DNA of 64,000 nucleotides from the human T2T-CHM13v2.0 reference genome, Homo sapiens. Shown here piece after piece: positions 1 through 21,754 of the stretch; position 1 is the first letter of the stretch, and every line of letters begins with the position of its first letter. Location: assembly GCF_009914755.1 (NCBI RefSeq), contig NC_060930.1; one strand, given 5' to 3'. Both the position numbers and the translations under genes were made by a program. The notes under the pieces are model-generated. The model was not told the origin of the DNA, made no database searches, and saw only the letters and a list, made by a program, of their open reading frames with translations.

Positions 1-2990
<2,990 letters not shown>

Positions 2991-3990
2991 AAATTAAAAG
3001 ACATGAGAGCAGAGATAGCATCTTCTTGCCTACAAAACATTCTTCATATGTATTTTCCTTTGAGCCTCTCAACAACTCTATGAAATATGGAAAGCAGGCA
3101 TCATTATTCCCACTGTACAGATGAGACTCAGAGACAACAGCTTGATTGAAGTTACGTGGCAAGTTAGGGCCAGTGCTATGGCTAGCACTCAGCCATCTGT
3201 CTCTTAAAGACGCATTCTCTTCCCTTGAGCAGGCCACCCCAGAATACCCGTCACCTTCACATTCACAGCCTTGCCTTTCCTACATGACAAAAGACTTCTA
3301 CTCTTGAATTCTGACTTCAGGACAATCTAGGCTACATAAATGTGGTCCCTAAACTCTCTTTTTAAAAGTCTCCGAAGAAGATTCAGTTGAATTCATATTA
3401 ATCTTAAAAATTAATCTGTGCTATCTGATGGTGGGGCAGGGGTCTATGTTGGGAAATTAAACAGAGAATGCAAGAGAATTAGGAAACTTTGCCCTAATCA
3501 TTTCAATAATTTTTTAACTTGATAATTTCATCACAGAGGAAAGGAACTATTTCTCTGCCTCATCAATCACGTTTTTCTGAAAAATGAAGAAGTATATGCA
3601 TTATGCCAAATTCCATTACAACAGAATACTTGCCAGACCCCATGGAGTGTCATAACAGAAGAGTAACTCTGAAGCCACAGAGGTAGCTATCAAGATTGCT
3701 TCATATATATTTACTCCTGCCTATTTTCAAAAGAAAAAGGGGAAACATAGGAAGATAGCAAAAACTCAGTCCATCTTCCCAGAAACTGTCTGAAAGGCCC
3801 AAAGGATTGGCTATAAAATGAAGAAGGAAAATCCTCTGGCTTGACACCCAGATGTAAGGTCCAGAAGGCAGGGAAAGATCCTGCTCACAAAAGCTGGCTG
3901 GACCAGTCTCAAACCTGCTTAACTTTGTCCTCATACTGTTTCCATTTCAGGATTTGCTCTCCCTTTAGAGACTCTTTTTTGGATCACAGA

Positions 3991-4295
3991 TTTTTTTTCT
4001 TTTTTTTTTTGAGACAGAGTCTCACTCTGTCACCCAGGCTGGAGTACGGTGGCAAGATCTCGTCTCACTGCAACCTCCACCTCCCAGGTTCAAGTGATCC
4101 ATTCTTCTGCCACAGCCTCCCAAGTAGCTGGGATTACAGGAATGCGCCACCACGCCCAGCTAATTTTGTATTTTTAGTAGAGATGGGGTTTCACCATGTT
4201 AGTCAAGCTGGTTTTGAACTCCTGACCTCAGGTGATCTGTCCACCTCAGCTTCCCAAAGTGCTGGTATTACAGGTGTGAGCGACCACGCCTGGCC
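3991..4295 (-). mobile_element. AluS-type element
   Basis: T-tail followed by reverse-complement Alu consensus. Confidence 0.9.
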
Positions 4296-5935
4296 GAGAT
4301 GTAAGTATTGAATGATGGTCAAGCTAGGTGATTTAAAGAGTTGTTCTAACCAAAAAGACTGATTTGGGAATGCTCTACACAATCATAGTGACTCATCTTG
4401 GAGAGATCCCACCCCCAAGAAGTGAGTACTCACAAGCCAAAGACACCAAATTCTCAGGGGAGGCCCAAACTTGTAATGCAATTGGGTTCAGCCATTCCCC
4501 ATGCAATAGTAACTGGGGTCTGTGGCCTAAGACACCCAGGCAGTAACAGAAATGGAGAGGGAGGGTGTGGCAAGAGAAAGGCAATGTTGGGAGTTAAAGG
4601 TATGGGGTTGGAGACCACAAGGCCATATATCAGTCCTGCCTGTCAATTTTTGACACCTGGAGCACATGCTTAGGTGGGGAACTTCTAACCACAACCCTTA
4701 CCTTCCAGGATTTGGAGAGAAAAATTTCACTAACTGCCTTACCCTGAAGCCTCAGAACACACTGGGTTGGGTAGATCTGGTGGAGGGGAGGAGTGGTCAG
4801 TCCCTAGGTGTTTTCTTCAGTGAAGAAGCGACACCAATGCATGGTAGGGGAAATGTGACTACTTGGTCCTTGATATCTGAGGAAAGCCAGCAGGAGGCAG
4901 TGTGGGAGCAGGGTACAGAGAATCCAGCATCAAAGAGAGACAACAGGAAAGCACAGCCAGGGCAGGAACCATCAATGGATATAGGAAATAGACTAGACAC
5001 AAAGTAGATTACAGTGGTTCCCAAGATCCAGTATTTGCCTTCCCCTTACACAGGTTTTGAGGTTTGCATGTATCCCCTGTACTGTAACTTAATAGATCAT
5101 TTGAAAAGACTCTTCCAGGCTGGGCAACAGGATGAGACCTCCATCTCTACTGATAAATAAATAAATAAACAAACAAACTCTTAAAAACACCCCCATCCTA
5201 AGGAATAAAGTACTAGTTATATTTTTCTCTTAATATAAATTAGAATAAGACAGAAGTACTAGTATTAAAATGTTTCCACATTCCACCTAAAATCATTTGG
5301 CACCTCAGGGAGGTCCAGCTGCTGTACTTTGGCACATGCTGGTAGCCAGGAGTCTGGGCCTGAAATTTGGTCCTGACTCCACCCTCATCTCTCTGCATGA
5401 CTTCTCTGGGAGATACAGCCTCTCCATTTTACACTGAGAGAACTAAATGAGCTCTAAAGCTGCCCTGACAGCTGACAGTCAAGGTTAGCATATTTCTGTG
5501 TGGCTCTGGCAAAAGTACCCCAAGATGACATTGGCAAGGCCCTAGAAGTTTCCCAGTTTCTGCTCTTTTGGGGTAGCTACAGATGGGAAAAGGGCTAAAG
5601 CATCTGGCAACAGAGGAAGGAGTGGTAGGAACATAGTCTAGAGGGGCAAGAAGAACATCAGATGTGAACCAAAAAAATATGGCATCTCCATTTACTGGCT
5701 GAGTGTAAGATTTATAAAATGGGAATAATCACGTCCTTTTCCCCTTAATTTATAAAAATAGCCCTCAACTTTCACTTTCATACACAAACATTTATATCCT
5801 AAAGTACTCCTGAAAGCCCCACTCAGAAATGCACACAAGAGCTGGATAACATATGGGTCCTTCCCACAAGTCATCAATTTATTTTTGGCAACTTTGCTAG
5901 TGGAGCCGTATTTCTTAAATTATTTAAGAAATGTA

Positions 5936-7670
<1,735 letters not shown>

Positions 7671-7927
7671 AGCCAAGTGTAGTTAGGGATTTTATACTGC
7701 TTTTTAGCTTTTAGGGAACAGAGTCCCTCCTTATGATGCATAAGTCTAGAGAGTCTATATTTACCACGATCAACTTCTGGAGATTTTCAGGAAATGCATT
7801 GTGTTCAAAATGCTGCCTATGCATTGTTTCATTCCATAAAAGCTGCAGCCTACAGAAAAATACAAATAAATAAACCTGGACGAGAGCAAATGTAAATCAG
7901 GAGGCCAAAAAGGTAAGATCTGTGCGT

Positions 7928-7933
7928 TTTATT
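7928..7933 (-). terminator. Likely MED20 polyadenylation signal AATAAA (3' UTR about 1.7 kb)
   Basis: TTTATT on the plus strand; U-rich sequence follows on the minus strand (plus-strand A-rich stretch at about 7855-7875). Confidence 0.7.
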
Positions 7934-8639
7934 TTTGTAAACTATATCTAAAACATACCTCAATATAAAAAACCAGAAACAAAATAACAAAAACGGGGTG
8001 AGAACAAAAAATACAGATGACAGGTTCTGTAGTTATGGTACTGAACTGAGCTTCCTGTCAGCCAAAACTAGAAGGGAAACATGACCACCACCTGACTTGT
8101 TGCAGAGGCTTTAGATCTGAGCACTTGGATCTGAAAACAGTTTCTCTTTAGATGCCTTCAAATAAGGGACAGTATCCTTGATGACAATACAGTACATACA
8201 TTCACAATTCTCCAAGACCATCTCTGTGTATATCAAGGTTAACCTGGATGAATATTTCTGCAGCAGGCATGGGGTAGGCAGGCAATATGACCAAATATGT
8301 AGTTTGGAGGCTCAAATGAAACAGGAGAAAGAGCTCAGGAACCATGAAGCATGGTGCAGGTATCAGGGTCAAGTATTCTAACCCTAAGATCAGGGTGCAT
8401 GAGAACTGGAGAGGCCTCAATACTGAGACTTAGACGAAAGGTGTGGAATTAACTTCCTAGTGTGACTAATCCAACTTAGCTCAAAGCGGCTCTGAGATCA
8501 GCCCTTCTCTCAAGTCAACTCATAAACAAATGCTTTAGTTACAGGAGGTATTAACTGCAAAATAACAGCCAAAAGCATTCCTGGGCACGTCCATTGAGCT
8601 CCATGTAACAGAAGCCATTAACTGCATCTCAGCAACCAA

Positions 8640-9000
8640 ATTGTCTTTCATCTTGTAGTCACAGAATCCCTGAGTTTTAACTCAGCACATGACTGCCCAG
8701 ATAAGAGGTTCTATGTCCCAGCATCTCTTTCAGCAAAGTGTGGCCACAGTGATCTGAGCAATGCTCAGTCATATCTTTTTTTTAAAATCTGCTCTTTTCT
8801 CTCTCTCTTTCCCCAGTGGAATGCAGATATGGAGCTGATGAGTCTGCTTTGATCTTATGGGTAAGAAAACATACTGGGAATGGCTGAATAAGACAGAAGG
8901 AAACAAAGTTCCTGATAACCTTGTAGAGTTAAATCTGCCCTAGACCATCTGATTACCTCTCTATTATTAGGTGAGAAAAAAACAAACTTCGATCTTATAG
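8640..9000. mobile_element. Old ERVL/MaLR-type LTR relic (LTR33-like) in the MED20 3' UTR
   Basis: ttttaactcagcacatgactgcccag...tcccagcatctctttcagcaaagtgtggccac resembles LTR33 as recalled. Confidence 0.4.
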
Positions 9001-9631
9001 CAGTTTGGCCTGTGGCTTAACATATTTCACAACAGAAGGGAAAGATGTCAGAAGGAGATTTCAAAGGACTCAGGCAACACCCTAGGAAAGTCAATTCGCA
9101 AATCACTTCAGCAAACAGGTCAGAAAATAGTAACTATCAAACCAGTTGTGCCTTCTACTCCATCTCTAGGATAGAAGCCCAGCCACATCCTCTGAGGGAA
9201 GGAAGAGGCTCTTATTACAGCACAATCCAAACATAAAATGCAGCATGTTCACCATTGGCCTGGGACAAATCCTTAATAGTTGGGGATACGGACTATTTCC
9301 CCCACCAGTACCAGGCAGGGACATTCCTGTCCTACCTTTCCCCTAAAGGAGGCAAGGTCCAAACTTCTCCACTCTTCATAATTACCATTCTTGAGGACAG
9401 GCCAAATCCAGTAAGGCACGGAGTAAAACAGCTGATGGGGGGCTATGTGTGAGAGTCAGGGGGTTGGGGAGGGGACTCAGCCCCAGAACAAAAGCCACAG
9501 CTGAGAACCAGAGAAGGAGAGTAGAGTCCATGTCTACCCTGGGTTTCTGGGGTCCAGGGACCTGAAAGTCAGCACCTGCTCCTCCTGTGGAGTACCCCTG
9601 GTGACAGAGCTCAGCTGGCAGCTGCTCATCA

Positions 9632-9847
9632 CTAACGAATCCCAGCCACCGGCACCTGCTGCTGCTTGCGGATCTTGTTGAAGAGTTCCATGTACTGGAC
9701 CATGGTATCTGCTGGGCCGTAGACCGCATCATGTCTGTTCCCAAACACTGCGGGAGCCCCTGGTGTGTGGCTGCCTAGAAAACTCTGTAGGAACTCGAGC
9801 AGCAGACTCCAGCAGTCACTAGCTACCACACAGGGGCCATACTCCAC
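9632..9847 (-). CDS. MED20: MED20 coding exon 4 (VEYGPCVVASDCWSLLLEF...VPVAGIR*)
   Basis: ORF 9632..9847; acceptor ttcccag|GTGGAG; TAG stop at 9632-9634. Confidence 0.96.
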   Translation of the reverse strand: MEYGPCVVASDCWSLLLEFLQSFLGSHTPGAPAVFGNRHDAVYGPADTMVQYMELFNKIRKQQQVPVAGIR

Positions 9848-11417
9848 CTGGGAACCAAAAGCACAGAGAATGAGGGTGAATGAAGGCTAAGACAAGGTCT
9901 GCTTCTCTTGTACCTCCTGCCTCCTGCTCCCATCTTCCCCAACCCCGAGCTAAAGACACACACCTCCTAGCACAGTATTGGTCCACAGGAAACATTCAAC
10001 CTAAACACTGGGCTCAATACCCAGCATCTTTAGGCATCTTTGACCTTCTCATCCTGGAGCTGTGCCAACCCGCAGCCCTCCCAGAGGACCCAGAAGCAGA
10101 TCTGGGCCCCTTTTGATGATCTCAGGACTGTGTTGTCCCTGCTATGCTGGGTAAAGATTCAAGGAGAGCTCAAGAAAATTCTAAGAGACACAACAAAGAG
10201 AAAGAGAAGGAAAATGTGTGTGGGGGTGGTAAGTAGAGAGTAGAGTGGACACATATGCTCATGAGTTTTTTTCAAGACCAAATTTTACTCCCTAAGTAGA
10301 ACCAACCTGGGTTCTGACCCTAAGAAAGAATTTCCCAAATAGTGTGTCATGGGCCAAAAAATATACATCTTAGGTTTTCTCCTTCTGCTCTCTTAATTTT
10401 TTACTGGAGAGATGGCAGGGCAAAATTACTGGCAACCCTAAGGAGAAATAAGTAAAGAAACAGGTGGAGTGTGTTTCTACTACAAGATTAGAAATGTGGA
10501 GGATAAACAGCGGGTCCTCAGTGGGTCTCAGCAAATCCAAGGTCTATCACAAGCCGAAAGGGTTAGAAGTCTTGGTCCTAGAGGTTGCTGAGCAGAAACT
10601 ACCACTAATGCCCTTTTCTCCAACTGGGATTCTTCCTAGACTTATCTATCCCCATGTCTCTACATTTTAAATCCCTACATAAATGTTGATCCTCAGGAAG
10701 CATCACAACCAAAGTCAGCAGTGTTCACACTGGCCTGAATTCCCAGAGCCAACTGCCTCTTTTATAGCATTTTCAGACTAACTTCAAAAAGAGTTTGTGT
10801 GTTTCAGCCTCACTCTTAATAAATAAATCACAAATTTTCAAAGGGTAGACCTGCAAGCTTACTTGTTTTCTTATCTCAGTGCTGGGCACATTATAGGTTG
10901 TGAACTTTCCCTGGTCCCAAAGAAGCCAGCCACTGCTACACTGCCACTCTCACTCCTTGTCACTATATATGTGTATGTATACACAGACACACACACACTC
11001 TCTGTGTCACAGATGAAGTGATCTCACACACAAACACTCTTTCTACCATGAAAGAAAGCAGACAGCATGTCAAAAGGAAAAGCACATTTTTGCTTCCCAA
11101 CCTATCTTAAAGCATACTAAGGAAAGGTATATGGGCATATGTGATTTAGGGCCCACCGCCAGAAAATTGTTCTAAGAGTTGTCCTGGTCTGCTCCAGAAC
11201 TTCTTGTCATGGGTGACTGTCCCTCCATATCATAACTCACCTGCCTTCCTTGACTATCTTTTCCCTTCTCCAGCAAGCCACCCTTCCTAATGAAGCTTTC
11301 TGCTTGCTTTGAACCCAGCTTCCCGCTTCCTACTTGCCAGCTGTGTTAGAGAGTCTCTGAATAATTAAAGAAAGGATAAAAGATTCACGAAGAGGAAGCA
11401 TAGATGCCTTGGAGTCA

Positions 11418-11765
<348 letters not shown>

Positions 11766-11828
11766 TCAGAGCCCTTTGCTAAGCAGCCCCCTCAGAACAT
11801 CCTGCTCCTATTTTCACCAAGGTCTTAC

Positions 11829-12082
11829 CTCCACAGAGATGCCCCGGGCACTGGGCCCCATTGTGACCGTGCCCACCTTCACCAGGAAGTCACAGTACTG
11901 GTACCTGGTGCCCCGGGTCTCAATCTTGCTGGCCTTAGCACTCTGGAAAAAGCCCTTGAGCTTCACCATAAGCACATCAAAGTTGGTGTCAGCAATAAGG
12001 CAAGGGCCATTCTCAAAGAGGGCGAAACAGCTCAATGGGTACTCTGAGTTGTGCATCACATACATCAGCTTCCCGGTCTGAC
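11829..12082 (-). CDS. MED20: MED20 coding exon 3 ([20 protein letters not shown]...[10 protein letters not shown])
   Basis: Overlaps ORF 11814..12065; acceptor ttgcag|GTCAG, donor GAG|gtaaga; 254 nt. Confidence 0.96.
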
Positions 12083-12887
12083 CTGCAAGGGACAGAGATC
12101 CTATTCATCATCAAGACTTTCACTGGCAAACCCCAGAGTAGAGTCAAATGACTCCCCCCGGAATGAGGCCAGACAGCAATCTGGCACTACCTCAGCAGTT
12201 CTTGGTTGGGGGTGAGGGGAATCCTCTCACTGACAGCCTTTTCTAGAAAGGTAGGGGGAAATAGCAGGAGAGGCAGCATGTGGTAAAACCCACCCTGCTC
12301 TACAGAAAACAGTGAGGGGCACACAGGGAACTTTAATAGTGTTGATCATGTTTTAATTCTTAAGTTGAGTGGTGGGCTCACAGATGGTCTACATGTAAAG
12401 TCTAACTCCCACAGACTTTACGTATAATCTTTTGTATATTATCATATATTACATAAGTAAAATGAAAGTAACAGCATTTGGGCATGCCAAAGGAAGTAGC
12501 TGCTCCCTTCTTCTGCACACTCTTCCTCAGCTTAGCCTCCTCCCTCTTTGAGATCTAGTAAATGGTCCTATGGAAGCAGCAAAGGGGAGTGTCTGAGCAT
12601 AAGCAGGGAAAGGTAGATGGGATCCAAGCTGTGATAGGTCTTATCTACCATGCCTCAAGAAGTTTAGACTGTATCCTGAAACCAATGGCAAACCGTTGGA
12701 GAATTTTTAGAAGTCTAGCCAACTTGGGAAGCAAGCAGCACACTACAGCAGAGAGACCTCAGGATCTGGATCAGAAGATCAACTTTCAAGCCCCAGCTCA
12801 CCCCTTCCAGTCTCTAAAATATGAGTTTTCTCATTTATTTCCATAGGCTATTTGCAATAAAAATGGAAAGCTATACACATTTAGTTA

Positions 12888-13184
<297 letters not shown>

Positions 13185-13358
13185 CTATCTCCAAAAAAAA
13201 AAAAGAAAAAAAAAGGTAAAAACTGGAAAGCAAGATTCCTCTTTCATACGCTACAAGAATTAATGGATAGACTGCCACAATCCCACATGCTTATTACATA
13301 TATAAGCCATTCCCAACACTTTTCTTAGGGCTTCAGAGATGTACAAGCAGAGGACTTA

Positions 13359-13782
<424 letters not shown>

Positions 13783-14811
13783 TCACTGCAACCTCCACCT
13801 CTTAGGTTCAAGTGATTCTCTTGCCTCAGCCTCCTGAGTAGCTGGGATTATAGGTGTGAGCCACCACACCTGGCTAATTTTTGTATTTTTAGTAGAGACG
13901 GGGTTTCACCATGTTGGCCAGGCTGGTCTTGAACTCCTGACCTCAGGTGATCTGCCCGCCTCAGCCTCCGAAAGGGCTGGGATTCCAGGCATGAGCCGCC
14001 ACGCCCAGCTGAGATAGGCTAAAAACTTTTTGAAAGACCACAAAATAAAACAAGTTATTACCGAGGAAAGACCACAAGTCTTTCGGAAAAAGGAAAGACT
14101 TCAGGATAGGAAAAGATTAAAATGAACAAGTCAGCAGGAAAAAAAAGTAGGATTTGAACTGCAATATGAAGAGAAGGTAGGATCCAGCCACACAAAGGAA
14201 AGAAGACATTCTAGACGGGGGTAAGAGTGTGCAACTGAAAAGGGTGCGAGGGCGGCGAGAGCAGAGGTCATATGGCTTCCCTATACAGGCTGCTGTGCGT
14301 GAACACAGCAGGCTCTGCACAGATCCTCCAGGCCACATCCCTCCTCCTGACTGCTTGCTGACAATTCACACCTGTCACCTCATTCTAAATCCAGTTCCAA
14401 ACTTCTCGACTCTGAAGAAAAAAATCCATCCAAAGCCGACCTCGTCATTCTGTTCTGTCTACTCACTGTAATTGCATACTTTATTCATACTATATGAGTC
14501 TACAAGTGTTACTGCCTTGGAAATATCTTAAAAGTCAACTAAGGGGTGTGTGTGTGCGCTTAATGAAGAAGGCACTTCTAGTTGTTATGGACAATAACAT
14601 TTTCCTTTTCTTCTTTTTTTTTTTTTGAGACACGGTGTTGCTCTGTCACCTAGGCTGGAGTGTAGTGGCATGAACACAGCTCACTGAAGCCTCAACCTCC
14701 TGAGCCCAAGCAATCCTTCTGCCTCAGTGTCCCATGTAGCTGGGACCACCATGCCCACCTTTTTTTTTTTTTTTTTTTTTTGTAAAGATGAGGTCTTACC
14801 ATCTTGCCTAG

Positions 14812-15120
<309 letters not shown>

Positions 15121-15585
15121 TGACCAGGCTGGTCTCAAGCTCCTGACCTCAGGTGATCTGCCCGCCTCGGCCTCCCAAAATGCTGGGATTCCAGGCATGA
15201 GCCACCGCGCCCAGACGACAATCGTATTTTCTATCACAGCAAAATCCTTTCATGTCTGTACCACCTTGTGAAGCAAGCAGAACCAGGTTTACTATCCCCT
15301 TTCTAAAGATGAGGAAAATGAAGCCAATTGGATCCCAGAGCAGCAGCAGTAGCAGAACCACCTGGGAACTTATTAGAAATGCAAATTACAGCCAGGGCGC
15401 TCATGCCTGTAATCTCAACACTTCAGGAGGCCAAGGCGGGGAAGATCGCTTGAGCCCAGGAGTTTGAGACCAGCCTGGGCAACATAGGGAGACCTTGACT
15501 CTACAAAAAAAATCAAAAAGTTAGCCAGGTATAGTGGCACGCACCTGTGGCCCCAGCTATTTAGGATGCTGGGGCTGGAGGATCA

Positions 15586-15702
<117 letters not shown>

Positions 15703-16164
15703 TTATTGTCTACTCTCCTCCAAACTACTAAGTCAGAAACTTTGGCGTGGGGTCTAGCAATCTGTGTGGTAACAAGCCTTTCAGATGATGCTAATGCTGG
15801 TCAAGTGTGAGAATCACTGATCTAAAGGCACAGAGCCAGTAACCAGCAAAACTGAAGCTCCAATCCAGGCATGCTCACCCCAAGTTTATTGCTCTTTCCT
15901 GCCTGCCATGAAGGCGTGCTGTCTCCCCAACTAGACTGTGGCTTCTTGAAAGTGAGGGCCTGCTCAGCCCACACCAGGTAGTTTCACTAGAAGTCATATG
16001 CCATCTCATATCTATATCCAAATGTTTTATTACCCAAATGCTTTTGTAATTATCTCTTGATTCTTACTTCCTTCATATTGAAGGCAACACAAATGGTAAC
16101 TTCAATTTTATCAACAATGATAAAAGAGCTCAGTACAACTCTTAGCTACTAAATATTACTTTAA

Positions 16165-16539
<375 letters not shown>

Positions 16540-18159
16540 CTATGATTATCTTCATTTTATAGATGAGAGAACTGTACTGGGAAGAGTCCAAAAAGAGCCC
16601 ATGTCAGATAGTTTTGGTACAAGAAATGTATACAGGGAACAAATACACGGGTTGGAAGAAAGGCAAAACCAAACAGGATGGTGGCACAACCCAAAGATTA
16701 GCAACACAGGAAACTACTACCATCCCTAGGGCTAGAGGAAAAAGAAAATATGTGCTGTTGTCGGAGGCAGGAATGAGGGCTGCCTAGCAGAAGCTAGAAC
16801 CAAGGAGGTGAAGACACAGCCATGGCTAGAGACACTGCCCAGAGCAGAGGGAGAGGAACACTGTGGGCTTCCTTTCTCCCATCCTCTAATCTTCTCTGGT
16901 GCCTCTCAATAACCAAAGCTAACTAGTAGAGAGCCTGGAAAATACAGCTTACAGGGAAAGTGCAGGAAATGGATCTAAGGGAAACAGGTACATGAGTGGC
17001 ATGGAAACAGTAACAGATAGGTTGTGGGAGTTACCTACAGGTACACAGTTAGAATGTGGCAAAGCCAGGACTCAGGACTCTGGTTCCCCAGTGATAAACA
17101 CTGTGCCATGGAACTGTTCAAGGTTAAGTTACTGCAGAGCCAAGACTAAGACAAACAAGTTCCCTAACTCATATCCAAAGAGTCTCTCTCATTGCCTAAG
17201 CCCAGGAGTTAGAGCTTGCAGTGAGCTGTGATCATGCTACTGTACAGCCGGGCAACGAAGTGAGACTCTCACTCTAAAAAGAAAAAAAAAAAAAGTCCTC
17301 TCTCCCTCCCAGCCATCATCCCCCATCATCCACACCCCATCTCATCACTCAAAACGCTAAAAAGAACAATTGATTTATGCTAATGAGGAGGTCAAGGCCA
17401 ATGGTTAGGTGTAAGAAAACGGGAACTCTAAACACAAACTTCTAGAAACCCTAAAGCTCTAAAAGAATCATAAACAAAGACTTCTGGGCCTAAAACAAGT
17501 CTTTCTCAAATTTCAGAGTGCATAAGGATTGTCTGGATTGTTAAATGTAGATTATGTGGCCTACAGCAGCAGTCAATCAGTAAACAGGGCCAGGAAATCT
17601 GGAACTCTAACAAGTATCCCAGGTGATTCTGACATGGTTAGTCAGTGATTAACCCTGAGAAACACTGCTTTTAGAAACTGCACAAAACAAAAAGCACTCA
17701 AAGAACACAAGGGCCAGGCATGGTGGCTCATGCCTGTCATCTCAGCACTTTGGGAGGCCTATGTTGGCAGATCCCTTGAGCTCAGGAGTTTGACACCAGC
17801 TACTTGAGAGGCTGAGGTGGGAGGATGGCTTGTGGCTAGGAGTTTGAGATCAATTTGGGCAGCATAGTAAGACACTCCCATGACCACACCCAAAAGTAAA
17901 AAAATCAGCCAGGCATGGTGGCACATGCCTGTAGTTTCAGCTACTCAGGAGGCTAAGGTGGGAGGATCAACTGACCCCAGGAATTTGAGGCTGCAGTGAG
18001 CTATGAGACACCAAAGCACTTCAGCCTGGTCAACAGAGCAAGACTCTATCTCTTAAAAACACACACGCTGGGCGCGGTGGCTCACGCCTATAATCCCAGC
18101 ACTTCGGGAGGCCGAGGCGGGTGGATCACAAGGTCAGGAGATCAAGACCATCCTGGCTA

Positions 18160-18406
<247 letters not shown>

Positions 18407-18810
18407 TTAGTACCTTGGTTTTGGTGATAGTATCATAGGTGTATGCATATATCCAAACTCATTAAGATGTATGCATTAGATGTGTACAACTACTTGTGTA
18501 TCAACTATACCTCAATAAAGCTTTAGCCAGGAGTGGTGGCTCATACCTATAATCCCAGTACTTTGGGAAGCTGAGGCCAGATAATCCCTTGAGGCCAGGA
18601 ATTCAAAACCAGCCTGGTCAACATAGGGAGACCCTGTCTCTACAAAAAATTTAAAATATTAGCCAGGCGTGGTGGCTCATGCCTGTGGTCTCAGCTACTC
18701 AGGAGGCCAAGGTGGAAGGATCACTTGAGCCCAAGGGTCGAGGCTGCAGTCAGTGAGCTGTGATCATGCCACTGCACTCCAGCCTGGGAGACTGAGCAAA
18801 ACCCTATCTC

Positions 18811-19170
<360 letters not shown>

Positions 19171-19344
19171 TCAAAGGCCCTATTCTAAGAGATAAAGAAC
19201 CAAGAATTAATGACGTCAAAAACACATCTCGCCACATGTTTAAGAATACCACCTTTAGCAGAAAAGCAGAAAGACTTCAATTAACTCAAATGTCTCTTAA
19301 CTCCAAGCCTGGTTCCAGCCATCCTACAGACCCATCTCACTGAC

Positions 19345-19499
19345 CTTGGCTGCCAAGGGTAGAGGCGGCCGTATGGTAAGTCTCACAGTCCACACAAAAT
19401 GTTCCTTGCTTCTCTGCCCCAAGCATCTCCAATTTCCGGGTAAGGAGCTCTACGGTTTGCTGAACACTCTTGCCCTCGGCCACAGGCATCTGGGACACA
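19345..19499 (-). CDS. MED20: MED20 coding exon 2 ([51 protein letters not shown])
   Basis: ctttccag|TGTGTCCCAGATG ... AGCCAAG|gtcagt; 155 nt, in frame with exons 1 and 3; not in the ORF track, found by manual translation. Confidence 0.95.
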
Positions 19500-19849
19500 C
19501 TGGAAAGGAGAGCACCAAATCGTCAGTTATCCAGAGACACACGTGTGCTCACTGAGCCATTCACTCGCCCACAGCATCACAGCTCATCAGGGCCAAAAGT
19601 TATCTTGGAAATTACCTACTCTGACCGTCTCCCAATCCCTGCAACTTTATTATTATTTTTAATTAAAAAAAATTTTTTTGGCCAGGCGTGGTGGCTCATG
19701 CCTGTAATACCAGCACTTTGGGAGGTCAAGGCGGGTGGATCACGAAGTCAGGAGTTCAAGACAAGCCTGGCCAACATGGTGAAACCCCGTCTCTACTAAA
19801 AATACAAAAATTAGCTGGGCGTGGTAGCGGACGCCTGTAATCCCAACTA

Positions 19850-20086
<237 letters not shown>

Positions 20087-20768
20087 CCCCATTGTAAAGA
20101 CAAGGAATAGAGGACCACAGTCCCTGAGAGCCCCTCTAAGAACTGGAGCACAGTTCTCAGGATTCTCGCACCAGGGCAATGAACTTCCTATCACAGGGCG
20201 TTCTCAAGTGTGGCATGCCAAAGATTCTAGATGACACACGGACTGAGAATTCAATAATGCTGAGTCATATAATGAAAAAGGGATTCCTTTTGCAACTCTT
20301 TCAGTTCTGACTACATCAAGGGAAAAGTCTCCGTTTGGGTTAACATGTTTTTACCAACTCTGTGAACTTGAGCTGTTCAGCACAGTAGCCCAGAGCCACA
20401 GGTGGCTGGGACTAGTGTATTGGACACTGTTGTTAGAGAACATTTCCATCATCACAGAAAGTGCTATTCAACAGCCCTAGGAACAAAAAAAGAAAAGCAG
20501 TCTTCAAGTTTATAATCTTTGGGAATGAGAGGCAACAGTATTCACGAAAATTGAATCAAAAGAATGGAACAAAACAAAAAAAAAACGTTATTTCTAAGGT
20601 TTCCTCCTATGGTGAGTGAACCTCTTATGGTGGCTTCCACTTTAGGAGTGGTAGGTAACCAACTGCCAACCAACAACGTGCCAGACTGCATCCTAAGGCC
20701 TTTAGATGAATTAACTCTCCAAATCCTCACGATAGTCCTATGAAGGTGTGTTATTTATCAACTTGTTA

Positions 20769-20870
<102 letters not shown>

Positions 20871-20873
20871 CTA

Positions 20874-21062
<189 letters not shown>

Positions 21063-21225
21063 TCAAAAAGAAAAAAAAAAAGACGAAACTTGGCCAGGCA
21101 CGGTGGCTCACGCCTGTAATCCCAGCACTTTGGGAGGCCAAGGCGGGCAGATCACGAGGTCAGGAGATCAAGACCATCCTGGCTAACACGGTGAAACCCC
21201 GTCTCTACCAAAAATACAAAAAAAT

Positions 21226-21754
<529 letters not shown>

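Noticed and set aside
5878-5883. Distal minus-strand AATAAA as an alternative MED20 3' end
   Set aside because: The hexamer is common in AT-rich DNA and cannot be supported without 3'-end data.
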